From the human T2T-CHM13v2.0 reference genome, Homo sapiens, in assembly GCF_009914755.1 (NCBI RefSeq), contig NC_060938.1: a stretch of 64,000 nucleotides of DNA; one strand, given 5' to 3'. The notes beneath the pieces are model-generated. The model saw nothing but the letters and a program-made list of their open reading frames with translations. It was not told the DNA's origin and ran no database searches. A program made the position numbers and the translations under genes. The first letter of the stretch is position 1, and the number at the start of each line of letters is the position of its first letter. Below, in pieces: positions 13,199 through 26,552 of the stretch.

Positions 13199-13720
13199 CA
13201 GCAGTCCCCAGCCATTTTGGCACCAGGGACCAGTTTTGTGAAAAACAATTTCTCCACGGACCGGGGAGGCACATGGTTTTGGGATGATTCAAGCACGTTA
13301 CATTTGTTGTGTACTGTATTTCTATTATTATTTCATTGTAATATATAACTAAATAATTATACAATTCACCATAATATAGAATCAGTGGGAGCCCTGAGTT
13401 TGTTTTCCAGCAACTAGACAGTCCCATCTGGGGATGATGGGAGACAGTAACAGATCATCAGGCATTAGATTCTCATAAGGAGCGCACAGTCTAGATCCCT
13501 CACATGCGCATTCACAATAGGGTTCACGCTCCTATGAGAACCTAATGCCGCTGCTGATCTGACAGGAGGAGCTCAGGTGGCAATGATAGCAATGGGGAGC
13601 AGCTGTAAATACAGATGAAACTTCGCTTGCTCGTCTGCCACTCACCTCCTGCTGTGTGCCGTGGTTCCTAACAGGCCACAGACTGATAGCAGCCTGTGGC
13701 CCAGGGGTTGGGGACCCCTG
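13199..13720 (-). mobile_element. MER1A (hAT-Charlie) non-autonomous DNA transposon, full length
   Basis: Termini CAGCAGTCCCCAGCC and GGTTGGGGACCCCTG. 8-bp TSD GTCTACAC/GTGTACAC. About 520 bp. Confidence 0.9.
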
Positions 13721-15057
13721 GTGTACACAGCAAGCTGCTTGAGCTGGTTTTCTTTATGATGTTAAAGAGCTTTCTAAATTTGTGTTGATGTAGTAAGGTC
13801 ACAGCATTATGTTACAGTAATTGTGTTTGAACTAAGTTATAGTGAATGCCAAGAAAAGACCCTACCTGCTCTCCTTTCTGATATTTTGGAAATAGATTCC
13901 AAAACAACTTAGGGCCTTGGAGAAACTTTTATTTCCAAAATACTGGAAATGATTGGCTCAAGTCAGTGAATCTGTCATTTACTAGAAACTCTATTTCTGA
14001 AAGTCATATTTTAAATGTTAAAAAATATTGTTGAACAATTGATACTTCTAACAAAAAGTTCAATGCCATATGTACTTGCAGACTTTTCCGTAAGACATGA
14101 CCCAAGAAGGAAAGTGAAAATTGATCTCAGGTTTAAACTCTTCTTTAATTTCCCCTAACCACCTAAATCTGACTCTATTTTAGACTTTAATACATGGAAA
14201 CAAGGTCATGTGAGCCCTAATTCATGTAATTGAAGGAAGTCTACACTTCCCCATTTATTGACGATGATCCTGCTGGTGGCCTTAGGCGCCCTGGTTTTTA
14301 CTGCCACCAAATCCCAGTCCTGGCTTTAGTCTCATCTTTTCAGGCCAGCCCAGCCCACGTTTCTGCTTTCCATAGGTGCAGCATGTTGGACCCCAGGGCA
14401 CCAGTACTCCGGGCCTTTGTAGGGTCAGGACTCTTCTCCTGGCTTAGCATTACCAGAGGGAAATCCTTGCCAGAACTGGAAGTGACTTCGAGGTGACTAT
14501 CATGCTAGTTCCGAAGTTCCTCAGCCACCCATGCTGCAGGGTGTGCATTACCTGCTGCCCCGGAGCCACTCCCCACCTTCATGGGATTTGTTTCTGCCTG
14601 CAGTCTCTTTTCCCACTTTCATACCTTCCCCAAATTCCAAGGCCTCCAAATCACAGCCCTTGGCTAGTACTTTTTTAATCTAAAACACACAGAAAAGGCA
14701 TTTTCCTAACCTAAAAGCATTCCCCTTTCCTAACCCTGGCAACGTACAAAAATGGCAGAAGTCTGATATCACAGATTTTCTTTAAATGGGCTCAACATTC
14801 AAAGCATCCTACATCAGTGTTTTCTTTCCATTTTGGGGGCTTGGGTAAGACTCCCCTTTGCTGTGGGCAGTTTCCAGGTAATGTGATGCTTTCGCTATAA
14901 ATACCCTTTTTCATGTGCTACATAGTCTTATAGTTTGGGTCACAAGAATATTTTTATAATGAAACACCTTACAATAATTTGTGTCCAGTAACAACTTGCA
15001 GCCTATAAAATGGCTGTTTCTGGTGTTTTCTAAAGTGGCGAGGAAGTGTCTCTAGGA

Positions 15058-15572
15058 CAGAAATCTCCAAACCCCAAGGTAGTGGTCTGTGGCCTGTTTG
15101 GAACTGGGCCGCACAGCAGGAGGTGAGGAGCAGGTGAACAAGGGAAGCTTCATCTGTATTTATAGCCGCTCCCCATTGCTTGCATTACGGGTTGAACTCC
15201 GCCTCCTGTCAGATCAGCGGTGGCATTAGATTGTCATAGGAGCACGAACCCTATTGTGAACTGTGTGTGTGAGGGATCTAGGTTGCGTGTTCCTTATGAG
15301 AATCTAATGCCTGATGATCTGTCAGTATCTCCATCACCCTCAGATGGGACCATCTAGTTGCAGGAAAACAAGCTCAGGGCTCCCACTGATTCAACATTAT
15401 GGTGAGTTGCATAATTATTTAATTACATATTACAATGTAATAATAATAGAAATAAAGTATACAATAAATGTAATGTGCCTGAATCATCCCCAAACCATCC
15501 CCCTGATCCAGTCCATGGAAAAATTGTCTTCCACAAAACCAGTTCCTGGTACAAAAAGGTTGGTGACCACTA
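15058..15572 (+). mobile_element. MER1A (hAT-Charlie), full length, inverted relative to the copy at 13199
   Basis: Reverse-complement homologue of 13199-13720. TSD-like CTCTAGGA/CTCTAGAG. Confidence 0.9.
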
Positions 15573-16161
15573 CTCTAGAGCACCCTGTCCATGGCTGTGC
15601 TAGGCCTCAGGTGACCAGAGCGAGTCTTCATGAGACAATGACTTCCCAGTGAATTTGGGAGAAATACTTAAATGTTAAAATAGCAAATGTGTTAGGGAAT
15701 AAAAAACAAAATTTATAATTTAAGGTAAGCTGTTTTAAGCATGAGCAACTCCATTTGAGGGCTGCTCCCCAGACATCTCCAGGTTCAGGTAACCCTTCCA
15801 ATTCAGGCAAATGGAGTGGAAGTTTGAGAAACACCATACTTAAGCAGGTGCCATTGTACAAAAATGTATAACCTTTAAAAGTATTTCCCATTATTGCACT
15901 CGTTAACTCCTTGTTTTGCAGATCATTTGTACACTATAGACATTTTATGCAATATGTATATGCCATGAAAGTTGTGTTGGAGTTGATATATTTGTAAATT
16001 GAATGCATTTAAAATGCAATAGATACTTTATAGGAAACCCTAAAATAAATTATTTTGTAATCAACTCCTGATTGTTAGTTTTATAAGTTTGAGTTTAATA
16101 AATTATTTTTCTTAAAGTAGGTTTCTTCACTATTAAGATAAACATGTACTTTTTACAAATT

Positions 16162-16283
16162 GTTTTTCAGTTTTATTGAGGTATAATTAACAAATAAAAA
16201 TTGTATATATTCAAGGTGTACAGCATGATGATTTGATATATATACACATTGTGAAATGATTACCACAAAAGTTAATTAACACA
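16162..16283 (-). mobile_element. L1MA 3' terminal fragment
   Basis: TTTTATTGAGGTATAATTAACAAATAAAAATTGTATATATTCAAGGTGTACAGCATGATG. Confidence 0.8.
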
Positions 16284-17593
16284 AAGATTACATCCACTTA
16301 AATTGAAAATAGTTCTTTATAAATTTGGCTTTCAAAAACAGTCACTCTCAGTGAATTTATCTGACTCAGATCAATGAAAATTTAAGACGATGTCTGTTAG
16401 TAGTGTTGAGTACTTTAAGAAGTATTTTTTAGATTCCTGACCATGTTAAAGAAGTATTATCTTAAGGAAGCACATAAAATAAAACATCAGCTCAATCATG
16501 AAATTCCTCAGGGCAGATTATTAAATAACCATGAGATTTACCAGGCTAACTAACTTCAGAGTTGATTTGGAATGTTTTACTGTTTATTGCTGTAAGGAAT
16601 TACATTAGTCAAATATAAATGTTTAGTACATTTTCATTAACATGCTGTGTGTGTCCAGTTTCTTCTAGATGCTTTCTTGGTCTTCATACAGTGTCATCAT
16701 TCAATAAATGTGTAATAGAAAAGCTTATTAAAATTTTGTTATACTTAATGTAAAAGATTAAAAATGAAGATAAGTTAGATTGAAGTAGAATGAATAGAAC
16801 ACAATTGAAATAATTTGGAGTCCACTTTATATCGATTTATTTGTTAATTTAGAAACATTAAAAGTATGTGACCACAACTTTTTGTTCAAACATATCACTA
16901 TGGACAAAATAAGAATGATATCATATTATTCCTAGGCTATTTGAAAAAGAATATTAGCTTTTTCTGGCCTAAAATTTGAAAAAAATAAAATTGCTAGTTA
17001 CCTTATTTATTAATAAAGTAAATATCTGACTTAACTAGTTGCTTATACAAGATTTAAGTGAGATGTAGAACAGAATACAAATATGGTTATCATTGGCTAG
17101 GACGGTGTATTATGATATTGAAATCTTAATTAGAACATTGACAGATTTTCCAGTGATTCTTTTATGATGCTGATAATCTCTATCACCTAGGAAAAATAAT
17201 AATATGTGACTTATCTGTTGTGTGAAATCTTAAAACTTGAAATAAATGACTCTATTAGTCTAAAAATTCTATTTCTGAGTTTAGGTAATATGGAGAAAGT
17301 GTGTGTTTTTCTAAGAATGTGATTGAATCGAGTCTTGCAAACTAGTAAATAAACTTTGATTTGATTTAATAAAATATTGTTCACTTTAAGACAGAATATT
17401 TGATAAAACCAGAATTGTGACTCTTGGCTTGTCTGTGATTGACGGAATAGAGCATAGGGGAAAAACCTGACTGTGTGGAAAATGCTGGCTTGTGCTGGGC
17501 TTTGCCAGTAGAGTGGTGGCTCATAACTACAGGCAGAATTGATAAGTTGTTGAAATGGAATTGTAATGGATTTTTTTAAAATTTTATTATTAG

Positions 17594-17695
17594 GCTATCA
17601 GCTGCAAAGGTCAACACAGTATATCCTACACTTTGTCAAGGAATCAGACTGTGGTGGTGGAGTACACACATGATAAGGATACGGATATGTTTCAG
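17594..17695 (+). CDS. PELI2: Pellino-2 coding exon 3 (102 nt, phase 0/0): AISCKGQHSISYTLSRNQTVVVEYTHDKDTDMFQ
   Basis: Acceptor ttattag|GCT and donor CAG|gtaata. The translation matches the recognised Pellino-2 sequence (about aa 70-103) and joins in frame to the next exon. Confidence 0.96.
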
Positions 17696-17879
17696 GTAAT
17701 ATTTTTCTTTTTTAATAGAAATTTTAGCACGTTTTCCTTTAATTCTCTATTTTTTATATGTAATCAGATCTTCCAGCCCAGTATGTCCAGGGGGAAAGAG
17801 TTGAAGATAATATAAAAATTATTCCTGTTTGGTTGTTGAAAGAATAAGAAAAAAACTTAATTCTTTAATTGTAAAGGGA

Positions 17880-20510
17880 AATTATAAAGGCTACATTCTC
17901 AGACCTCAGTGCAATAAAAATAGACATTAATTAAGCAAGAATAAAAATTTTAAAAGCTAACCACTTTTAAAAGCCAACATTTTCAGAATACTTTCTAAGT
18001 AGCATTTGAATGAAAGGGACATCCAAACTACATTTATAGGTCTTTTCAGAAATAACTGTGGGAATATCATGTAGCACAACTGACAAGACGAGGCCAACAT
18101 CTTACTCGGAAGAAAATGCCTTACGTGCTTTCATTATTAAGAGGAGGGAAAGAGAGAGAAAGAAAGAAGATCAAGGGACTAAACATTTATCTCAAAAGTT
18201 CTTTTTTGACAAAGAACAGCAATTAAGAAAGTACAGGATGGGTTTGGGCATAGTTTTAGTGGTATATAATATAAAGTCTAGAAGCACATCAAAAGAGCAG
18301 AAGGAAGGAAAAAAACATTCGTCAGTTAATGAATTTAAAAAAAAGAGAATTAATGAATATATTCCAGATTTAGTACTTTAAAACAACAAACAATTAAAAT
18401 TTAGACTAATAACAGAAAAAAGCAAGCATAAGTTGGAATTGATGAGGCTTTGCATTTCCATATGGAGAGTTAAATTATTACATAAATGATGTCGAAACAA
18501 ACATCAAAAGAGTATGATAGATACTAACATCATACTCTGCTAAAGTAAATTCTAGAGAATAAACATTTAAATATAAAACTGAAGGAACAAAAAGTTCTAG
18601 AAAAAAACTTAGGAGAATTCATATTCTTGGAATAGGGAAGGATCAATAGTAAATGAAGAAATAGATTTTACCCTACGCATTTTCACTTCTTTTTTAAATG
18701 TCACAAAAATTAGAAGTCGAACTAGAGACAATTAGGGCAACAAATCAAGTAGACAAAGGATTGATACCTACTGTACAGTAATCACTTTTCCCATGCTTTC
18801 AAAAATGGACAAAGAACAAAACATATAATTCTCAGAAGAAGAAATATAAATGGCCAATAAATATATGAAATAGTTTTTAAAATACCAAATGAATTAATAA
18901 TAAAATACTCTTTATTACCTATTAATTGGAAAATATTAAATAATACAGCACTGTAAAACATTGTATGGAATTGGTCCCCCTGGTGGGACTGTGAATTGGT
19001 GCAACATTTCTATAGGGCAACATTGCAGTACTACCATGAATTTCAGCGCTCAGACCAATTGACCCAGTAATTCTAACTTCAGTCATTTTTATACGTAAAT
19101 AATTAAGGAATATGAACAAAGATTTAACCAAAAAGTTGTTCATTGTAGTGTTGTATATACTAGTAAAAAACTAAAAATAAACCTATACTTCCAGGAGTAG
19201 GTAAGAATGATTACAGTATGGTGCATTTAAATGCAAAATACCATGCAGCCATTACATGATTATTAAATGGGAAACGCAATAAAATAAGTGAAAAAAGGCA
19301 TATGTCCACTTCATGCTTTATTTTTATATGCACACACATAAACATAGGTATGGAAGAGAGATGGGACTAGAAAGAAATGCACCAGCTCTTTTTCCATTTT
19401 CTGTAACATTGTAAAGTACAGGCCTAATCTGGATCACCTAATTCAGTACTTTTGATTGAGAAAGAAAGAATATTTTATGTGGTTTTTAAATGTATTTGCA
19501 GTAGTCCTGAACTTCAGCACCTCAGACTGATAAGAAGAGCCAAAGGCAAATTACAAATTGGGGAAATATTTACAATTTGTATCACAAAAGGTTAATGTCA
19601 CAAATATATAAGGTACTCTTGGAAATCTCTTTTTAAAATACCTACAATCAGATAGACAAATGAGCAGAGGATTTGACAGACAGTTCACCAAAAAAGGAAA
19701 CTAAGTAACTCTTAAAAATAAGAAAATATGCTCAACCTCATTTACAAAAAGAAAAATGTGAATTAAAACCACATAGAGATACCACTTTTCACTTGTCAGA
19801 TTGGCAGAAATCCAAAAGGTTTTGTCAAAGATATGGGGAAAACAGACATTATCCTACATTCTATAAATTGGTATAGCATTTATGGGGTAGCAATTTGAAA
19901 ATAGCTATGAAAAATACAAAATGTTTACATAGTTTGACTCAGCTCTTTTCTTTGTAAAGCTCTTCTTTCTAGAGACTTACCCCAGAGATATCCTTACCTA
20001 CATGCGCAACGCCATTTGTACAGAGTTATTGCTCAAAGCATTGCTTAATAGGAAAAGATTGGAAACAACCTAAATGTTCTTCAGTAGTGGACCAGTTCAG
20101 TAAATTTGGGTACAGCTATACAGTGGAGCCCTCCAAGGGTATAAAACAGAACAAAGAAAAGCTGTATATATAGCCACAGAAAGAGCTCCAAACATATTAA
20201 ATGAGTTAAATATTAATATTATTGAGTATATGGAGTCATATTGGTAATATATATTCCATTAATTTAAAATGCTACTAAATAAAATGTTATTAAATAATAT
20301 GAAATATTACATTATTAAATGTTAATTTAATATGGTAAAATGGTTTAAATCATGCTTATATGCATTAAAAAATCTCCAAAATGATTAACAAGACATGAAT
20401 GTAGCAGTTGCCTTTGTGGGGAAAGGGACTGAGCAGGTGGTATACAGGGAGATATTTTACACTTTTCGATTTTTGGAACTATGCGTATGTATTAGATATT
20501 TAAAAACTAA
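17880..20510 (+). mobile_element. Degenerate L1M/L1ME fragments (two ORF2/3' pieces)
   Basis: A-rich L1-like segments: CAGAAGAAGAAATATAAATGGCCAATAAATATATG, GGAAACAACCTAAATGTTCTTCAGTAGTGG. Confidence 0.7.
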
Positions 20511-21174
20511 ATAATCTTAGATAAAATATATAGTCATATTTATAAAAATAGTTATTAAAGTGCCAGTTTGAACTCAAAAATAAGATTTATCATGTTTGGG
20601 CAAAATACTAAATGTGGTTTTACTCTCCATGCCATTCCATTATATAATCTTATAAATGTCTTCTTATTCTGTTAAGGAAAATATCTTCCTACATAAGTAT
20701 ATGTATATTCTCCCCTGTTGATATTTTTATGGAACTTTATTATTATATCTTTTTAATACTCATTAAAATTATTTTCAATTTATAAGTTTTTTTACTACTT
20801 ACAGTAGCAGTGAAGATTTTAAAGATTTTTTTTACAGAGAGAATTCTTAATACTAAAAAAGTGAATAAAGCCTATTTCACAATTGTCAGTGATACTTTTT
20901 TACCACTTAAATTCAAAAACTACTGTGATGGTACCTGTTATAGGTAAGTCAGGTACTCTCAAAGTGTGAGACATTAAATTCCTTTAAGAAGAATCTTGTT
21001 TCTTCGGAATTTTTCAGAGTTTCATAGATATTCTTTAGCGACGTACGTGTCACATAGTGTATTCCGCACTGTTGAACAGTCACATTCGACTCACATGCTC
21101 ACTTTCTTCCCTCTCATCTCTGCAGAATGAATTAAAAGATTTAGTTGGACTTTTTCAGCTTCCCGTTACTAACT

Positions 21175-21510
21175 TCTGAGTACTTTATGCATACTTCCTA
21201 TTTTGTCATACAGAATATCGAAAGACTCAAGATTTAATAAAGTTCATAATTTTTAACTGCAAATTCACAGCAATGAAAAATACAATGACTGCTAATACAG
21301 TTTGGTGCCACTGCTTTGAATCATGCCAAAGCACCAGCAGCTTTACCCACCATTGTTGTAGCACCATCAGCATAGAGACCAGCACAGTGGAAAAGGCAGT
21401 TAACGTCTTTGTATTATTATGAAGGTAATTTTGGCCTCATGTACCTAGACCCCATGGTAGGGTCTCAGGGACCCTCTGGGGTTCATCAACCACATGCTGA
21501 GAATACTGAT
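21175..21510. mobile_element. Charlie1-type hAT transposon terminal fragment
   Basis: TACAGTTTGGTGCCACTGCTTTGAATCATGCCAAAGCACCAGCAGCTTTACCCACC ... CCACATGCTGAGAATACTG. Confidence 0.75.
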
Positions 21511-22439
21511 TTGTACCAACCTCTTAATTTCATAGCTGAGAAATATGGGTGTTTGAAAGGAAAAGTAATGTAAACTAAGGCCAGAAGAGAAGAGGCATTA
21601 GGGGCAGAGCTAAGATTTAGGTCACTGAGCTCTTCATTCTCTGAATAGTACCAGCTCAGCCTCTTTAAATAAAGTATGGTAAGCCAAGCAAGAATTCACA
21701 TGTTTCTTAAGGAAATATAACACATTACATTCACAGACTCACTGGACCTGTTAGAAGGATCTGTGGCAGATCATTTTAAGCAGAGAACTAAGCAACTCTC
21801 ATAAGACCTTGAAAAGACAGGCTTGTTTCCATTTTTTCCTCCTTTTAACAAGTTTATATTTCCAAAGCCTACTACTGACAAAAATCACTGAGCAAAAAGC
21901 GCGACAGCACTCATAGTTCTGAAGTATGGACCTCAGTGTGGAGAGTTTGTTCGTTTTAGTCATTCCCATTAAAATGATTTCTAGGGTTAATTGAGTATTT
22001 AAAGGCAGAATATCAGAAAGAACCAAGAAAGGGCTTTATGCTGCATTTCCCACTGTTGGAGTCAGTTAGTAGACTCAGAACTCAGAAATATTATTGCCTG
22101 AGGAGAAAAATCAAAGCTAGATCTGAATTTAAGGTATAAGAAATTGTTAGTTAATATAATCAGAGTAAGATCTTGGTCATTATTTTCTGGAGTAGGCATA
22201 AACAAGGAAAGAAAGAAAAGTCTAACAAGAAAGTGAAACATAAAAGAGAAAATAGTTAATGGAAGGAATTAGAGGGGTGCATTGTCTTTACAGTGTCCCT
22301 AGAGTAACGTGTGGTGCCAAGTGCCTTCTGACCTTAGGGGCCAGGAGACTGACTGGGCCCTGCAGCCGGTGTTCAGGGGCCCTTTCTCTCAGATTTCACA
22401 GTTTCACAGGCTTCGAACGCGGTGCTACAAGGCCTAACA

Positions 22440-22484
22440 GTTTTGGGTTTTGGTTTTTTGTTTGGTTTGGTTTGGTTTGGTTTT
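22440..22484. repeat. (TTTGG)n microsatellite
   Basis: Direct reading. Confidence 0.85.
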
Positions 22485-22734
22485 CAATTTAGTTGATTTA
22501 CTGTAGTTTTAGATGATAACATTTAATTAGTATCTATTAAGTTAAGAGGAAAATATTAAAGAATATCTACATTTTCTAGTGGGTATTTCTACAACCATTG
22601 TACATGAGCATGCATGTGCAGGTATGTTTGTATCTCATAGGATTCAGCCTCCCTGTCATAATCTTCCAATTACTAGTTTCATCTCTTGACCATCTGCTGT
22701 GTCAGAAACTCCTTTGATGACTGGGGAGAGATAA

Positions 22735-24320
22735 CTAAGGCTCTCCTCTCAAGGAGGCTACATCTGGAGAAGGCAGACCACAAATAAACAAACCCTCTGG
22801 GCAGAGGAAACAGTGAGCGCAAAGGCTCCAAGTCAAGATCACAGTGGAGAAGGACAGCAGTGAACTCAGATGGACTTGGAAGGGCAGGTAGAGGCTGAGA
22901 CAGGTAGGACCTTCAGGCCAGGTTGAGTCTGAGATTTATTCTAGGAATTTTGGGAAGCTGTTGGAGGATTTTAAGCAGGAGAGAGGTATAATCTGATTTA
23001 TGTTTTTGTACGATTTCTCAAACTACTGTATGGAAAAGAATCTAGGTGGCAAGTATGAAAACAGGGAGACCAGTTTGGAGGCTAAGGTGATAGAACCCAA
23101 GTAAGACATAATGGTAACCAGAACCAAAATGGGAAAAGTAGAAGGATTGAGGATGTGTTTGGAGGTACAGCTGACAGTGTTTACACAGGGCTAATGTGGG
23201 CATGGAGGAAACTGAAGAATCAGGTTATTCTTGGGTTTTGACTTTTAGCTTGAGCAAATTGGATGTCAGTCAGTCATTGATATAGGGAAGCCCCAGGGTG
23301 AAGGGGGATCCAAGTTCTGTTTGGCATATATTACATTTGAGATATTTATCAAACATACAAGTGGAGATTGGGTGTGCCGGTCTGAAGCTCAGGGGAGAGA
23401 TGAAGACTTTGAGCTGTTAGGTGGGATTTGGTGATACTATTTAGGGAGAGAACAGAAAGAAAAGGGAAGGGGGGACTATTTACCAACTGGCCTGAAAGTT
23501 TCATTATTTTAGTACCAGGTAGAGATGGACCGGCATATGCTGGCTCAGCATAAGCCCTGGATTTAGCAATATATTGATTTTTGGAATCTTAGCATGCGTG
23601 GTTTCAGTAGAGTTGTGGGGAAGGAAGCTCAATTGGAGTGGGTTGAGGAAGAAGGAAGCTAAAGATATGGGTGAGGAAGTGGAGGAGATAACAGGTTTTC
23701 CAAGAAGTCTTGCTGTTAAGTGAATCAGAGAAACAGGGCTGGAGCCTGGGGCTTGCTTGCAGGTGAAGGAAAGCGTTTTTAAAGGTGGGAGACTACGCCA
23801 GAGCAGGGCTACTCAAACTGCACTCCCTCTGCCCAGCAGTGAAATGTTTGTTAAAATACAGAATGAGATAAGCATACAAATTGAGAGGAAACTTTTATGA
23901 CAGTTTGGCATTGCGGAAACATCCAAGCAGATGATCATTTCTCAAGTACTCATTTTTATTGTATGTTTAAAAGGCATCAGTGATGGGTTAAAATTTAAAA
24001 CAACAACAGCAACTATACTGGTCCTTTAACCACAGAGTTTGAGAAGCTCCAGAACGTGTGTGAAAGCTGATGGCATGATCCAGTATAAAAGGAGAAATTG
24101 GTGACTCAAGAAAGAGAGGAGATAATATTAGGAGCAAAATCCTTGGGAAAGGGAGAACATTGGAATACCAAGTGTCAATGGAAAGATTGCTTTTAGATGG
24201 GAGCAACAATATTTCATCCTTATCCCAGGAGGGAAGTCAGAAAATAAAGTGATTGATGCAGGGAGATGGGAGGAATTGGTTGAGGGAGGTGAGAAAAAGG
24301 TGAGGCCCTTCTAGATGCTT
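22735..24320 (-). mobile_element. L2 fragment interrupted by a hAT-Charlie-like MITE (~23804-24050)
   Basis: L2 hallmark GGGAAGCTGTTGGAGGATTTTAAGCAGGAGAGAGGTATAATCTGATTTATGTTTT. Insert ends CAGGGCTACTCAAACTG and CAGAGTTTGAGAAGC. Confidence 0.7.
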
Positions 24321-24457
24321 TGATACCATCTTACCTGTCCTGGCTTCAGCTGACATCCAGGCAAACCCAAACTTTTCTTATATATATAAAATTTAACATG
24401 CTGAATGGAGCAAAGTTATCACTGTAGCTAGTTATATGACTACCGGCATTCTGTGAC

Positions 24458-24543
24458 TATCACATGAAATTCAGAAGCACCCTGGCTTGCGTGCTATATG
24501 AATATCAGATGAAATTCAAAAGCATCTTGGCTTGTGTGCATGA
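24458..24543. repeat. Diverged tandem duplication, period 45 bp
   Basis: TATCACATGAAATTCAGAAGCACCCTGGCTTGCGTGC vs TATCAGATGAAATTCAAAAGCATCTTGGCTTGTGTGC. Confidence 0.88.
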
Positions 24544-24642
24544 CTGCCTTTAAAATAATGTAGAGTTGATCCAGTAGTCAAAAGAAAGGGCAGGCTGCAA
24601 GTTTTCCACATTGAGTGATTTTTCAGCAGGAAAGTGACTTAG

Positions 24643-24688
24643 TTTTGTTTTTTTGTTGTTTTTTTTGTTGTTGTTGTTGTTTTGTTTT
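24643..24688. repeat. (GTT)n / T-rich simple repeat
   Basis: Direct reading. Confidence 0.85.
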
Positions 24689-26009
24689 CCTGGAAAAAGC
24701 AACATGAGGCTTGTGTCATAAAGTATAAAATTTTACCAGCACTCTAGAGGTTAGATTTAAGTGGAAGCAAACTGATAAGTCATGTGTATGACCGATCAAG
24801 ATAAGTGTCATGACTTAAAATCATTGATCCTAGCAGGCTGTTCCAGTTAGAATAAAATTTCCTCTTTTTACAGTCAATTTCAATTACTTCATCAAGACAT
24901 TAATTTAATACATTTGGATGAACTCAGAATGTGGCCCTTCTAGAAAAGAGTAATTTCTGTACACAAGAAGGAACAGTTATGAAACATTCAAACCAGCAGA
25001 GTGGTTTTGGCTTTGAACTTAGAGCTTGAAAAGTCATTGCCCTCTTCCATGGAGATGGACAAATCTTGTGACAGTGACTGTCGCTATGAGGCTCCAGGTT
25101 TGGTGAGATGACTGGGAAATTCTAGAATTTATCACATTTTACTCCTAAACTTCACTGGAATAGAGGCTCAGGACAGGTTTACGCCTAAGTTTGAAGTTGG
25201 CTTTGTTTTCGCCTTTATACTTTTCTCCATTTGTTAAATATTTTGCAATAAGTCTTCATTACTTTTCTAATTTTCTTGTTAAAAAATGTTTAACAAAATT
25301 AAAGCAGTCTGAATCAGTAGAGTTTCCAAGTTACCCAGTTTTTAAATGAATCTAGCAGAGAGGAGATTTTGCAGCTTTAGAAGGATGAATTATATGATTT
25401 TATAATACATCTAATTTAGATTTTACATTGCATTTTTTAACAAGTTATGTGTTTTCAAAACCTGAAATGCATATATCTAGGCAATATGCATCTGTTCAAA
25501 TTGTTAAGTTTCAATGAAACCAGCAGTTTAGTTCATTCCAGGCACATTTCATTAGGGCAAGAAATTAAGGGTGATAAAAAAACAAAAGAAAATAGATGTC
25601 TGTTGTCTGCTGGTTTTAGAGAGATAGTCTGTGCATGAGAACGTATATATGAGATTTACAAAAGAAATGTAATATTGTTCCAGGAAGCAAGCTGAGCTAA
25701 GTGATACAAGATTTTTTTTCTACTTTCTTCATTTGGATGAAAAATGTATTACATTGCCTAGTTTGTAGATAGAACTTTGAGACCAGAATAAAAATGCCTT
25801 GGAAATTGACTTTTGGGAACTTTATGTGCATACATCACAGGCCTCTGCATTCCTCCCATTGGCAACTTCAGAATCAGAGTTACAGTTGTTGGGATAGAAC
25901 ATTAATCCAAGAGATAAAATCTGATGAGTGGCCAAAGATCTACTCCTGTCCTCTTAATTGAGCTTTTTCTCAATACTTAAAATCTAATGAACTAGTGAGT
26001 GGCATAAAG

Positions 26010-26152
26010 TGAGTTAAGCAAGATGAGTAAGTTCTAGAGAGTTGCTGTGCACCGTTCTGCCTGTAGTCAACAATGACTGCATTATGTGCTCAAATATTTC
26101 AGAGGATACATCTCATATTATATTCTTAGCACAATACAATAAAATTAAAAAT
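26010..26152 (+). mobile_element. L1M 3' terminal fragment
   Basis: GATGAGTAAGTTCTAGAGAGTTGCTGTGCAC ... CACAATACAATAAAATTAAAAAT. Confidence 0.65.
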
Positions 26153-26354
26153 AGGTATCTCTAATATTTGGTTACCCTAATATCTTCCCTAGTTAAATAG
26201 GAAAAGGAGCACGAATGAAAATCTTGCATTAAATTCTAACCCTCAGAACAAGGATAGTGAATGTTAAAGGAATCCTGAATGCTTTTTCCTTGTGAATAAA
26301 ATACGGCACCCTGCTATTTTCCAAGTGAATCACGAGTACATTTGATTTACTTAG

Positions 26355-26552
26355 GTGGGCAGATCAACAGAAAGCCCTATCGACTTCGTTGTCACAGACA
26401 CGATTTCTGGCAGCCAGAACACGGACGAAGCCCAGATCACACAGAGCACCATATCCAGGTTCGCCTGCAGGATCGTGTGCGACAGGAATGAACCTTACAC
26501 AGCACGGATATTCGCCGCCGGATTTGACTCTTCCAAAAACATATTTCTTGGA
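26355..26552 (+). CDS. PELI2: Pellino-2 coding exon 4 (198 nt): VGRSTESPIDF...SSKNIFLG, FHA core with R106, S137, R138
   Basis: Acceptor ttacttag|GTG and donor GGA|gtaagt. Contains the GRS and STISRF FHA phosphothreonine-binding motifs. CpG-rich coding composition. Confidence 0.97.

Noticed and set aside
13035-15652. Two similar ORFs (130 aa on -, 112 aa on +) that look like a paralogous gene pair
   Set aside because: Both are translations of the two MER1A copies, so the similarity is repeat-derived.
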